A stretch of DNA of 64,000 nucleotides, from assembly GCF_001949145.1 (NCBI RefSeq), contig NW_019091361.1, positions 248,001 through 312,000 of the forward strand, read 5' to 3'. The DNA comes from Acanthaster planci (lineage: Eukaryota). This document shows, piece after piece, positions 29,101 through 37,973 of this stretch. Within the stretch, counting starts at the first letter, position 1. Each line of letters starts with the position of its first letter. The notes beneath the pieces were generated by a model, which did no database searches, had not been told where the DNA came from, and saw only the letters and a program-made list of their open reading frames with translations. The translations under genes and the position numbers were made by a program.

Positions 29101-32100
29101 GCGTGGTGGGGGTGGCGCACATGGACGTTACCACCACGCAGAGCTCAAGCACCAGCCAGCTGTAGAGGTTGCTGAAGGTGTCACTGAAGAAGACCCCTAT
29201 ATTGAGTTTACCACCGAAGAAGATGAAACCCTTGAACCTGAAGAGGACACAGAAGACAGCTCTGACGATGAGGAAGAATCGCCATACATTGAACTGGATG
29301 GAGAGAAAGTAGTCATGATGCAGAAGGTAGATATGATTGGTATGACTACCAAGCAGCTCTCAACTCACCTCAAGGTGCCACGTAAGGCATTACCACAGTC
29401 ATCTAGCTGTACCATGTGTGTCAGCTTAGTGTGGGATACACTACCCAACCTGCCAGACTCTGAGGGCTATGTCTTGGTGTCACCCATCGTCAGTTGCTGT
29501 AGTATGCCAAGGGATGTAGCTTTGCTGCAGCCATTTCAACTGGAGATCCAGCATAGTGCCATATTGAAGGATGTAGCAAACTGCAAGCCTATGATTTGGC
29601 ATCTCCAGAAAGACCCAGGTAACGTACAGTACATTTACATCATTTGTTAAGAGCAATTTGGAATATACAATGCTGTAAACTCTGGCACATTTGGAAGAGG
29701 TTTTAGGGCAAGTAATTTTCTAGATACTGAAGAGTTTTGGTTGCAAGGTGAAACATGATATGTCTGCTTTTCTCTCACCCATAAAGACCACAGTTGAATT
29801 TTGTAAGTAACCTTAATTAACTTTCAGGTAATATTTCGTAAGCCCTGTATAAAGTTAAAGTCACTATTAATGTCAGTGAACCAGCTTCTAAAGTGGTATC
29901 TTTTGCCCTCTTTTCCTGCAACACTCAGACCCCCAGGAGAAGGAGAAGGGAAACATTTTTGCTATTATAATGTAGGCAGGAATAAACCTGAGGAAACCTT
30001 TAATAAACTTTTGTTTAAAGATTAATATTCTTAGCAATGTTGCCCCAATTTCCTCATTTCTATTCATTTTGTTACAACTTTTGCCAATAAATTGTGGCAG
30101 AAGTTGAAGGAAAGTATTGTTATTTTCTGTGAATGCAGGCAAGTTCTTCAAGTGGGAGAAGGCTGACCAAGGTAGTTTCAACATGACCTGTAGAGCCTTT
30201 TACCGCAACTTCCTCATTGAGACTACAAGGACTGGTTGCTTTGCCATTATGGTTCCGTCAGAGAGTATTTCCGGCAAGCTAATTCGTTGTATGACCTACA
30301 TCTCCTCAGAACAAGGAGACGATCATTTGGTAGCCAGGGTGTACTTCTTTGGGGATAATGGCAGTGACGATGTTCTCCATGTAAGGATTAAAAAAAACAT
30401 TAATTTGGTCAATGTAAACTAAAATGAAATGTTTACCTTAATTTTCTGAAGAAGATTCTACATGTACAGAAGCATGATGTAAGAAGCCTTCTGTGTGCTA
30501 ATTAAGAAAAATGGAGAAGAAATATTCCAATTTTAAAGCATACAGACCTGAATTATTGGTGCATGTATTATGATGTTATGTCACACTTAATCTCCCAACT
30601 TGAAATACTGAAATATTTGTGATTAGGGTATATCGGCACTGTTCTGTGCACCTTCCAAGCATAAAGTGTGCAAAATGGACATAAGTAGTATTATACTTCT
30701 AGTCCAACTAAAGATGTGCTCATATGTGCTAACTTCTACCATGGTATTTGTGTTCATCACTAAAGATACTAGTGCTGTCAAGTTGATCTATCACTTTGGT
30801 TGCAGGAGATCCAACGACGTGAGAACACTTACCGTGGTCGACTCTGTGACATCTCCTGCTCTTTTTTCTTGGCAAACACTGAGGATAACATTTTGATGAA
30901 CATGTCCGAGCTGGAAGGAATGGAGTTATACTTTGGAGGCAATGAGCCAATGGTATTGTGTCCAACATTCTTTTGTATAAAGCTTATCCCATAGCACCAA
31001 ATAAGTTCCTATTTGGTAATCACGTCTTGTTTATGGTGGCCATTATCGTGTACTAGATGCAGACGTTTTCTCCTATCTCATCAGTAGGAATACATTGAAT
31101 TAAAAACAGAAAGGCAATTTTGAATATGCTACATTCATTATCAGTGTTGTAAATGAGTCACTAACTTTGGTGACTGAAGTCAAGTCGACTCCTTTTCACA
31201 TTGTGATTCGAGTCAAGTCATTAGGTCAACAAGACAAATCAAGTCATTTTGTGTAGTCAAGTCGAGTCAAGTACCTAGCTGGAGTCAATTGAGTCACAAA
31301 TTTCTGAACAAAATACAATAACAGTACAACTACATGTAAGTCATTTTTTGGTAATTGTTATTTTCATTTAAATATACTGAACATAAATTAAGGTGACAGG
31401 TATCTAGCCAACTACAATTTGTTTCTAATTTTTTTTTTGAGGCTTGAGTCTTATAAGCTTGTACTGGAGTCGAGTCTCCATGAGAGATTTGAGTCGAGTT
31501 TGGTCATTTGGTTGCATAGACTCAAATCGAGTCATTTACCCATCAAGTCTGAAGACGCGTCACCAAAACTGTGACTTGAGTCGGACTCAAGTCAAGTCAT
31601 CAACTTGAGTCATTACAGTTTTCTTCATTATAGACATTTTAAGATACATTTCTGTATCACACTATAGTTTGGTAATGTACAGACACTGACAGACAATCTT
31701 TTTCCTACAAACTCCAATTTTTGTCCCCTAAATTAACTAGTCTTTGCTATTAAAACGTTTATTGGCATGATATACGGTTCACACTTTGGCTGCTACATCC
31801 TTGTGGTGATGAATTTCATGTTTTCTTATATTTCAGACAATTACATCTGAGGAAGTTTGGCAAAAACAACTGGTATGTTACATGGCAGAGATCATTAAGA
31901 AGAATCCAACAGGCCAATGCACAATCAATGTGTGGCAGGAGAATACAGATGCAGAGAAGTACCCCATTCAGATGAATCTACAATTCTCTAATGAGGTAAG
32001 CATGAACTAACATGGAAGTTGTTGCCATAGGCTGGTAACTCTGGTATCTGCTTTGATATAGATTAATGCGCATGGTTTTTTTTTACCAAAGGCTTGTTCA

Positions 32101-34927
32101 TATGTCATGCGTATAATAATGGCCATGCATTGCAAGTTTATTGAAGAGATGTCAAATTTTATGCACTACAATTGTGATTGTACAGAATGTCCATTCTTCT
32201 TCAACAACAAAAAATTGGGCATTCTTTCTTAATTTTGAAGACCTAATTTTTTCGCTTGCCAAATAGAATCCTTGATTAAATTGGAGGTTGTATACTCTTC
32301 TTTTCAGCTTTTCAAAAGTCTAAATTTCCCTTTTTTTTACCATGCTGATTTAAGCAGTCCACAAACATTGTATAATAAAACTAAAGATTGCATTTTTAAA
32401 AAAATGAGGCTTCAGTAACAAAGCTGGACTTTTATAAAATTCATCTTAAACTAGTAAAAAAGTTTACAGTACTGATCATGGCATAACAACCCAGTTGTGA
32501 AGATACCTTATTTTTCTTCAAATTACTGATAAAAGAAAACAAGGCGTTCACAATCGGTATCCTTGTACGGTGACTTGTGGAGATCACGGCCCAAAAAGCA
32601 ATCTCGTCATGGTAGAGCGTAAGTCAATTGCCACATCCAACCTTGGTTCATAGTGTAACGCTGTGCTGCTGTTTTAAGCATAGATAGTTCAATCATTAAT
32701 AACTAATGTCTGCTTCACTGTGCTCAAGGTGGCTGGCTGGAAGATTAATTGATGTTGTCACTTGTCATCAATGTTTGTATGTAGCTCTTCAATGTCAATT
32801 TTATTAGGTAAAAATGTTTTGCTCACATAAAGAGTAATGACCCAATTTTGGTAAACAAAATAACATAAACAATGGAATGGGCTTTCCAAGCTGTATTTTT
32901 CTGTGACAAAGTTGAAGTAATCACAATGGGCTATCAGGATTCCTTGGAGATTAATAAATGTAGTGCATGTGTGTCTTGGGCCATCACTGCAACACAGACT
33001 AGACAGCACAAGTTTCACAAGTTAGCATCAGAATTGTGCACACAAAGCAATGAGGCAGTAACTCACTTATAAATGGGTTTCACATTCCCTCCTGACAAAG
33101 TGATTGATAAATCAGCATCCAGCTTAGCTCTTATTACTAAAACCTCCCTTGTGTATGTGTTATCAGTTGTGCATAGAGAGTGACCAGTGTGCCTCCAGGC
33201 TCTGGATCCAGGATTGGCAAATGGAATTTTTTTCCTAAAACAATGGTCCAAGTATTTTCATCCATGAAAAAACTCCAATCACCCCTTCAAAGGTGGTGAC
33301 ATTGTTTGAAAAGTGATACCTCTTTCAATTTCTAAAAAGAACAGAAAAATGGCAATGACCCAGGGAGGGGAAGGGGCAACTTGCAATGGCTGCGGGTCCC
33401 ACTGAATGACCTAGAGAGGGGAGAGGAGGGGGTAACTTGCAATGGCTGCGGATCCCACTGAATGACCCAGGGAGGGGAGGGGGTACTTGCAATGGCTGCA
33501 GATCCCACTGAATGACCCAGGGAGGGGAGGGGACAACTTGCAATGGCTGCGGGTCCCACTGAATAACCCAGGGAGGGGAGGGGGTACTTGCAATGGCTGC
33601 GGATCCCACTGAATGACCCAGGGAGGGGAGGGGGTACTTGCAATTTCCCCCAGATCCCACTGAATATTCCAGTGATGAGAACATCCCAGCTATAATTGGC
33701 CACAAAAACCACTTGCCATAGTGTTACTATTTTACACTCCCTCTTGTCCATCACAGAGTCTGGGTTGACCAGTACCACTTAATGTCATCACTGACTGGTG
33801 TCAGAGTCATTTATATAGTGACGTGACAGCCATCAGTTTTTGTAGCTTGATAGATACAGTTATCATAGTTTTACTGACAGTGATCCTGACCCTAGTATGA
33901 TATGTAGTATAACTGAAATTCTGAGTACAATCTTCTTGGCTTTGTTTTGGATGTTTTGTGAATATTTGTTGAAGTTCAAGACCGGTCATCTTGAATTTGT
34001 TTGGGCAACGCTGTGAATGTTCATTGAAGTTCATGTTGGCAGTGCTTCAAGTGTCACTGTTATGTGAAATGGTTGCATGAGCTACTGTAAGCACCAGTAC
34101 ATCAAGCTATGCCGACCCGAGTCCACCTGTCCACCTCAAACTATGCTGACCCTTTCCTCTTGTGGCAACACCAGCTGTGCATGATACTCCTGTTGACCAA
34201 ATGGCCTACTTTTAGCTTGAGATATAATTTTTCATCTTCACATTAAATTTCAGCTGAGGGACACAAAGACAAGGGTGCAGTGTATGGATTGGATGTGTTT
34301 AGTGTGCTGACGCTACATGTACAGTCTTTACAGAATTCTTCCTGTTTATGTCTTTCGTACCACTTGAACCTTTGGCACAATTTTCGTTTCATGAGTCTGT
34401 GTGTATTTTTTCAGGAAAAGTACCCGGTGATTGCCCCTGTGCCTTACCTCCATACACATTTGCCACAGCCAACAACTGTTCCTGTCAGATGCCATCAGGC
34501 AGTGTCAAGAGTTTCCTCTGCCCCCTTAGCTCAGAGACCAAGCCCCTCCCTCATTGCTGACAGACCCAGGGATACCCCTCATGCCCGCTCTGTGCCAAGT
34601 CGAAGCCGTGCTGCTGATGCTGTTGCCAGCACTTGTTTGCAGGACAACATGCTGCCATTTGCCGTCAAACGAGATCTGTTTTTACTATTGGACACCAAGG
34701 TAGCAACAGGTAACGATTGGCGTATGTTGGCCAGCCAGCTTGGTCTAGATGCTATGATCTACTGCTTTGACATGCAAATCAACCCTACCATGGAAGTACT
34801 GAAAGCCTTTGAAACTATGAATCGTCCTCTGAATGAGCTTGAGGAGCATTTGAGGCTTATTGGTAGAGACGATGCAGCTGACATTATCAAGACTTACCTA
34901 GAGAAAACCAGAAAGGAGAAAAAATAA
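14009..34927 (+). CDS. ADAP1: ADAP/centaurin-alpha-like ArfGAP-PH-PH protein fused to UNC5-type ZU5-UPA-Death domain, 993 aa; exons 14009-14102, 15576-15703, 20092-20183, 24060-24258, 24433-24588, 26160-26243, 26395-26529, 28345-28543, 28785-29618, 30139-30380, 30806-30952, 31837-31995, 34415-34927
   Basis: All 12 introns are GT-AG with compatible phases; CDS is 2982 nt with no internal stop. Motifs: PGNDRCADC...CQEC-x16-CEEC, QWITAKYLRKEF, GYLWKLGRD...QRRWFVL, IGHPNGLQI, EGYLLKTG...FRKRW, LKTPGRIYHF, SPIVSC...LEIQHSA, RVYFFGD, GNDWRMLASQLG. Confidence 0.88.
14876..15306. mobile_element. Non-autonomous DNA transposon (MITE) with TGTGAC...GTCACA terminal inverted repeats, in intron 1
   Basis: Left tgtgaccggctctagaaaaatggg versus right reverse complement tgtgacccgctctgcaaaaaaggg; AT-rich non-coding interior. 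Confidence 0.7.
15576..15703 (+). CDS. ADAP-like exon 2 (DPVWACEELGILVCEECMDLHCVLSNATFKSIICQDWTEESYK)
   Basis: tgtag|AT ... AAG|gtaaat; second half of the ArfGAP zinc finger; missing from the ORF track. Confidence 0.88.
20092..20183 (+). CDS. ADAP-like exon 3 (KMASTNNNASKEIYEKHLCPAYKKP)
   Basis: gcag|AAA ... AT|gtaaga; matches the ArfGAP M..GN..A...YE..P..Y.KP pattern. Confidence 0.88.
21520..21900. repeat. Degenerate ~48-bp minisatellite (cccctacctcctgtcccaccagaacccatgcagcactatgccttt)
   Basis: Core cctgtcccac(c/t)agaacccatgca recurs about 8 times in intron 3. Confidence 0.85.
24060..24258 (+). CDS. ADAP-like exon 4 (end of ArfGAP, start of PH1)
   Basis: ttcag|A ... AAT|gtaatt; EFRKQWITAKYLRKEF...GYLWKLGRDSQVFQRRWFVL. 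Confidence 0.92.
24433..24588 (+). CDS. ADAP-like exon 5 (PH1)
   Basis: atcag|GAG ... AAG|gtaatt; PEKIGHPNGLQIVY...TRMIYLYAE. Confidence 0.92.
26160..26243 (+). CDS. ADAP-like exon 6 (PH1 C-terminal helix DMVEWFQAVRC)
   Basis: caccag|GAT ... ATT|gtgagt. Confidence 0.9.
26395..26529 (+). CDS. ADAP-like exon 7 (PH2: KEGYLLKTGAKGKEAFRKRWIVLDKMCLMYFKEPL)
   Basis: gtag|ATT ... CTG|gtatgt. Confidence 0.92.
28345..28543 (+). CDS. ADAP-like exon 8 (PH2 C-terminal half)
   Basis: ttttag|GAT ... G|gtaagg; DANPKGTI...LKTPGRIYHFIADSDHERKAWFNAI. Confidence 0.92.
28785..29618 (+). CDS. Exon 9: Ser/acidic linker and ZU5 domain
   Basis: cccacag|TG ... G|gtaacg, phase 1/1; LKVPRKALP...LVSPIVSC...LLQPFQLEIQHSA is the ZU5 pattern. 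Confidence 0.88.
30139..30380 (+). CDS. Exon 10: ZU5 C-terminus and start of UPA domain
   Basis: gcag|GC ... CAT|gtaagg; TRTGCFAI...ARVYFFGD. Confidence 0.85.
30806..30952 (+). CDS. Exon 11: UPA domain (EIQRRENTYRGRLCD...)
   Basis: tgcag|GAG ... ATG|gtattg. Confidence 0.85.
31142..31618. repeat. Element with many gagtc/gactc (agtcgagtc) subrepeats at both ends, probable non-autonomous DNA transposon
   Basis: Clusters of gagtcaagtc/gagtcgagtc at 31150-31300 and 31445-31612 around an AT-rich core. Confidence 0.5.
31837..31995 (+). CDS. Exon 12: UPA domain (TITSEEVWQKQLVCY...LQFSNE)
   Basis: tttcag|ACA ... GAG|gtaagc, phase 0/0, open frame; missing from the ORF track. Confidence 0.85.
33350..33665. 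repeat. ~50-bp G-rich minisatellite, ~6 copies (caatggctgcggatcccactgaatgacccagggaggggagggggtacttg)
   Basis: Units start at about 33384, 33440, 33490, 33541, 33591 and 33641 in intron 12. Confidence 0.92.
34415..34927 (+). CDS. Exon 13: Pro-rich linker and UNC5-like death domain (34649-34900)
   Basis: ttttcag|GAA; LPFAVKRDLFLLLD...GNDWRMLASQLGLD...NPTMEVL...LEEHLRLIGRDDAADII; TAA. Confidence 0.92.
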   Translation, partial: EKYPVIAPVPYLHTHLPQPTTVPVRCHQAVSRVSSAPLAQRPSPSLIADRPRDTPHARSVPSRSRAADAVASTCLQDNMLPFAVKRDLFLLLDTKVATGNDWRMLASQLGLDAMIYCFDMQINPTMEVLKAFETMNRPLNELEEHLRLIGRDDAADIIKTYLEKTRKEKK

Positions 34928-35309
34928 AACAATAAAAATCCTATTTCTAAATGGCAACAGCCTAATCCGGTTGAAGAATTGCAGAAGTACATTAGATGTA
35001 ATGAGTCACTCCAGCTATTGCATAAGGTTACGTTGGCCATTGCATTTTGGAAGACCAATCTTTTCACCTGTAATCTTAGCTGCTAAATATTTCTAATTGA
35101 AATTTCTTTAAAAAATAGGAAATTGTGAAATCCACTGAAAATTATTCTAGAGGGGCATAGCCACCATCACCAAATAAATTTGTTATTCAAAGGCCTTTAT
35201 GCTCAGATGTAACCTATTTGTATTACTGTCTGCGTGGGCTTAAAATTCTTGTTAAAGCTCCTATTCATAAATACGCAGGACAGTTTTTCTGTTCCTATTG
35301 GTCGAAGTG

Positions 35310-35415
35310 CATCGTAGAGGGGATATAGTGGGGGAGGGGGCATTGTAGAGGGAAGATGGTGGGGGAGGGGCCATTGTATGGTGGGGGAGGGTATATTGTA
35401 GAGGAGAGATGGTAG
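35310..35415 (+). repeat. G-rich ~30-bp tandem repeat in 3' UTR (cattgtagagggaagatggtgggggagggg)
   Basis: 3-4 degenerate copies with G3-G5 runs. Confidence 0.7.
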
Positions 35416-37967
35416 TGAGCAGAAGCAACTCGGTTTACAAAGAATTCCCTGAAATGAAGTGTTGATAATGAGTAGATTTTACATCAGTTGATTACATAAC
35501 TTTAATTGGTGCAGAGATTCTATGGGAACTCACATGGGATTACTTTCTTTTCTGATGAATGTAACTCTTGCCTTGTGTACATACATTGTAGACTTCTGGC
35601 TTCTAAAGCAAAGAGGACATATATCTATTTTACAATGCTGTAGCTTTTATATACTTCTGTGATTTTGAACTCTTCAGTGTAAGCTTGCCTGTTTTATCAT
35701 CTATACATTGAATCCATGATGAGTGACATTATAGAACTTGATAAGTGTTTCAATGATGAAGATTTTTAAATCATGTCTGGCCCAAATCAAAGAATTAGAT
35801 ATTGTTGATTGATCAAAAATTGATTTCTTGATGCAGTGCCTTTTGAAAGTGCAAGCAAGAATGTGTTAGCTGCTTTACAAGTTATCAGTGTGCCTTTCTT
35901 TCTTTGAAATTTGCCAAGTAGTTCCAAAGCTTTGAAAGGATAATAGCATGCAAACCTTTCCAATTAAATTCAATTTTTAAGGTAGCATTTGAAAAGATGT
36001 TTGTATACAACCTCCAAATGTATCAAAGTGGAAAAATAAAAAATCAAACAACTTTCCAACATAGATGCACCCTTTTGATAGCCAATCAGATGAATAGACA
36101 CAGTTTTTAATTCTTTGTAACACTGCATTTTCAACATCAGGTTTTTTCCATCAATCGTTTTTTTATCATATGTTTCATATATATAGACATGAATATAGAC
36201 ATGACTCTGTAGCCAAATCCGGCTGTGAATGGCTAAAATCCAGATGACTGGTGTAATGTAAAACATACTTTGTTGAGTATAATTTTATATTTAAACATTT
36301 AGAGAAGGGCTTATGCCAGTCCACTGTACTTTAGTTATTGGTATAAAAGACACTAATATAGTCACAAGATTGTACTTAATCAGATTGTTTAAAATAACTG
36401 ACTATTCCTTCCCTTACTATTTCCCTATATTTTCTAGAAATAAACACTAGTAAATATCTATGTTTTAAGAGATATCTGTCATGAGAGTGGCAAAATGGAA
36501 TGTATTTTTGTACCATTTACAATTTAAAATATATTACAATGCAGATAATTTGCTTACTTGGTGATGGTACAGGCTGGGATTAATAATTTCCACAACTCCA
36601 ATAAAAATGCGGGTGCTTTTACAAGAGAGGTTGTAGGATTTTTTACTCATTATCTTGTAGACTGGCAAGAATAAACTGGTTGGAGGGAGTCAATATTAGG
36701 CAACTACCAAGTAGAAGACTTTGCATGAGGAATTTTTATCCAAATGCAGCTGACATGCAAAGTGGTACAATTTACACACAGCACTTAGCAAAAAGTATCC
36801 TTTTCCTTCAATATTGTATTTTTTTTAATTTTTGGTATATATTTGGCAAATTTAGAAAGTTGAGGAATTGTATATATTTTTGCATGTGTTGTTTCAATAT
36901 GACATAAACACGTCAAGCTGAAAAATATTGTCTAATGATCATTTAATGCAAACCAACATGAAAGCGTGTGTTTTTTGTGTAATGAAAGAACGTTTGCATA
37001 TATACAGTAATTTGGCATTTTGATGTTTCCTTCAATGAAGGCACGTAATTTGCCTGAATATCCTGGGTCCACGGTAATACTTTTCAGGAAATATACAATA
37101 CTTTTGAAAATCCTCTTCGTTTTCTTTTCTGTGGAAGTCCAACCATTTAAGCCAGGGAGACAAGGTGAATACTGAATTGTTTCCTTCTGGAACAATGACA
37201 AAGGATTTTATCAATTGTTGCATAAATGTACCAGTTGCTCAAGTAACCAGAAGCTTTATAACAAAATGCTGCAGCAAATTAGCTGTTTTGGAAATGTAAT
37301 TATGGGGGATTTCCACTAATTTGTGTCAGCTATGCAAGGAAGGATAGCAAATGTTGGCAATATGTGTAGGATTGGATTTCCATCTGTTGTGCAAAGTGTT
37401 ATTTATGCAGTTGAACCTCATTAATGAAAGATCCAATTACATTGTTATAGTAGGAACCTTGTATTATCAGGAATTAAAAGAATGGATGACAAGGATTGAT
37501 TTGGAAGTAAAAATTTCCCTGTTATGAGCAGAACATTGTATCAACATTGCTCTTATTAAGGTTTGACTGTACTCACCTCTGCAGATATTCAACAAATTGC
37601 AAGTCAGAAAAAAATACAGTACTAGGCTTCTTAGAATCACGGTATTATTTTTCATTTGAGAAGCATTTTTAGCTTTAGCTTTAATAGTTTTAACAAAAAG
37701 GGTTCCCTTAAAAATTCTTCATTTGTTGGACATGAGCAAAATGGCATTGTAATGCTGCATTGAAAGCTAACATGCATGGCTGCTGTAATACAACAGGTGC
37801 TTTCAACAGGTGCTTTCTGGAGCATTGAAGAAGGGTACCAAACCACACATACCGATTCTCTCTGTATTTCTGATTATCTTTACAGTACACACACTGTATG
37901 ACATTGTATTGGTTATGCTGGGCTTTACTTAACACTATACGTATATACATTTAAACCTATGAATGGC

Positions 37968-37973
37968 AATAAA
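37968..37973 (+). terminator. Candidate distal polyadenylation signal of the ADAP-ZU5-UPA-DD gene
   Basis: AATAAA followed by gtgtgtgttttttgctttgttttt, a GU/U-rich downstream element. Confidence 0.55.

Noticed and set aside
33325..33778. Pro-rich minus-strand ORFs
   Set aside because: Products of the 50-bp minisatellite in intron 12
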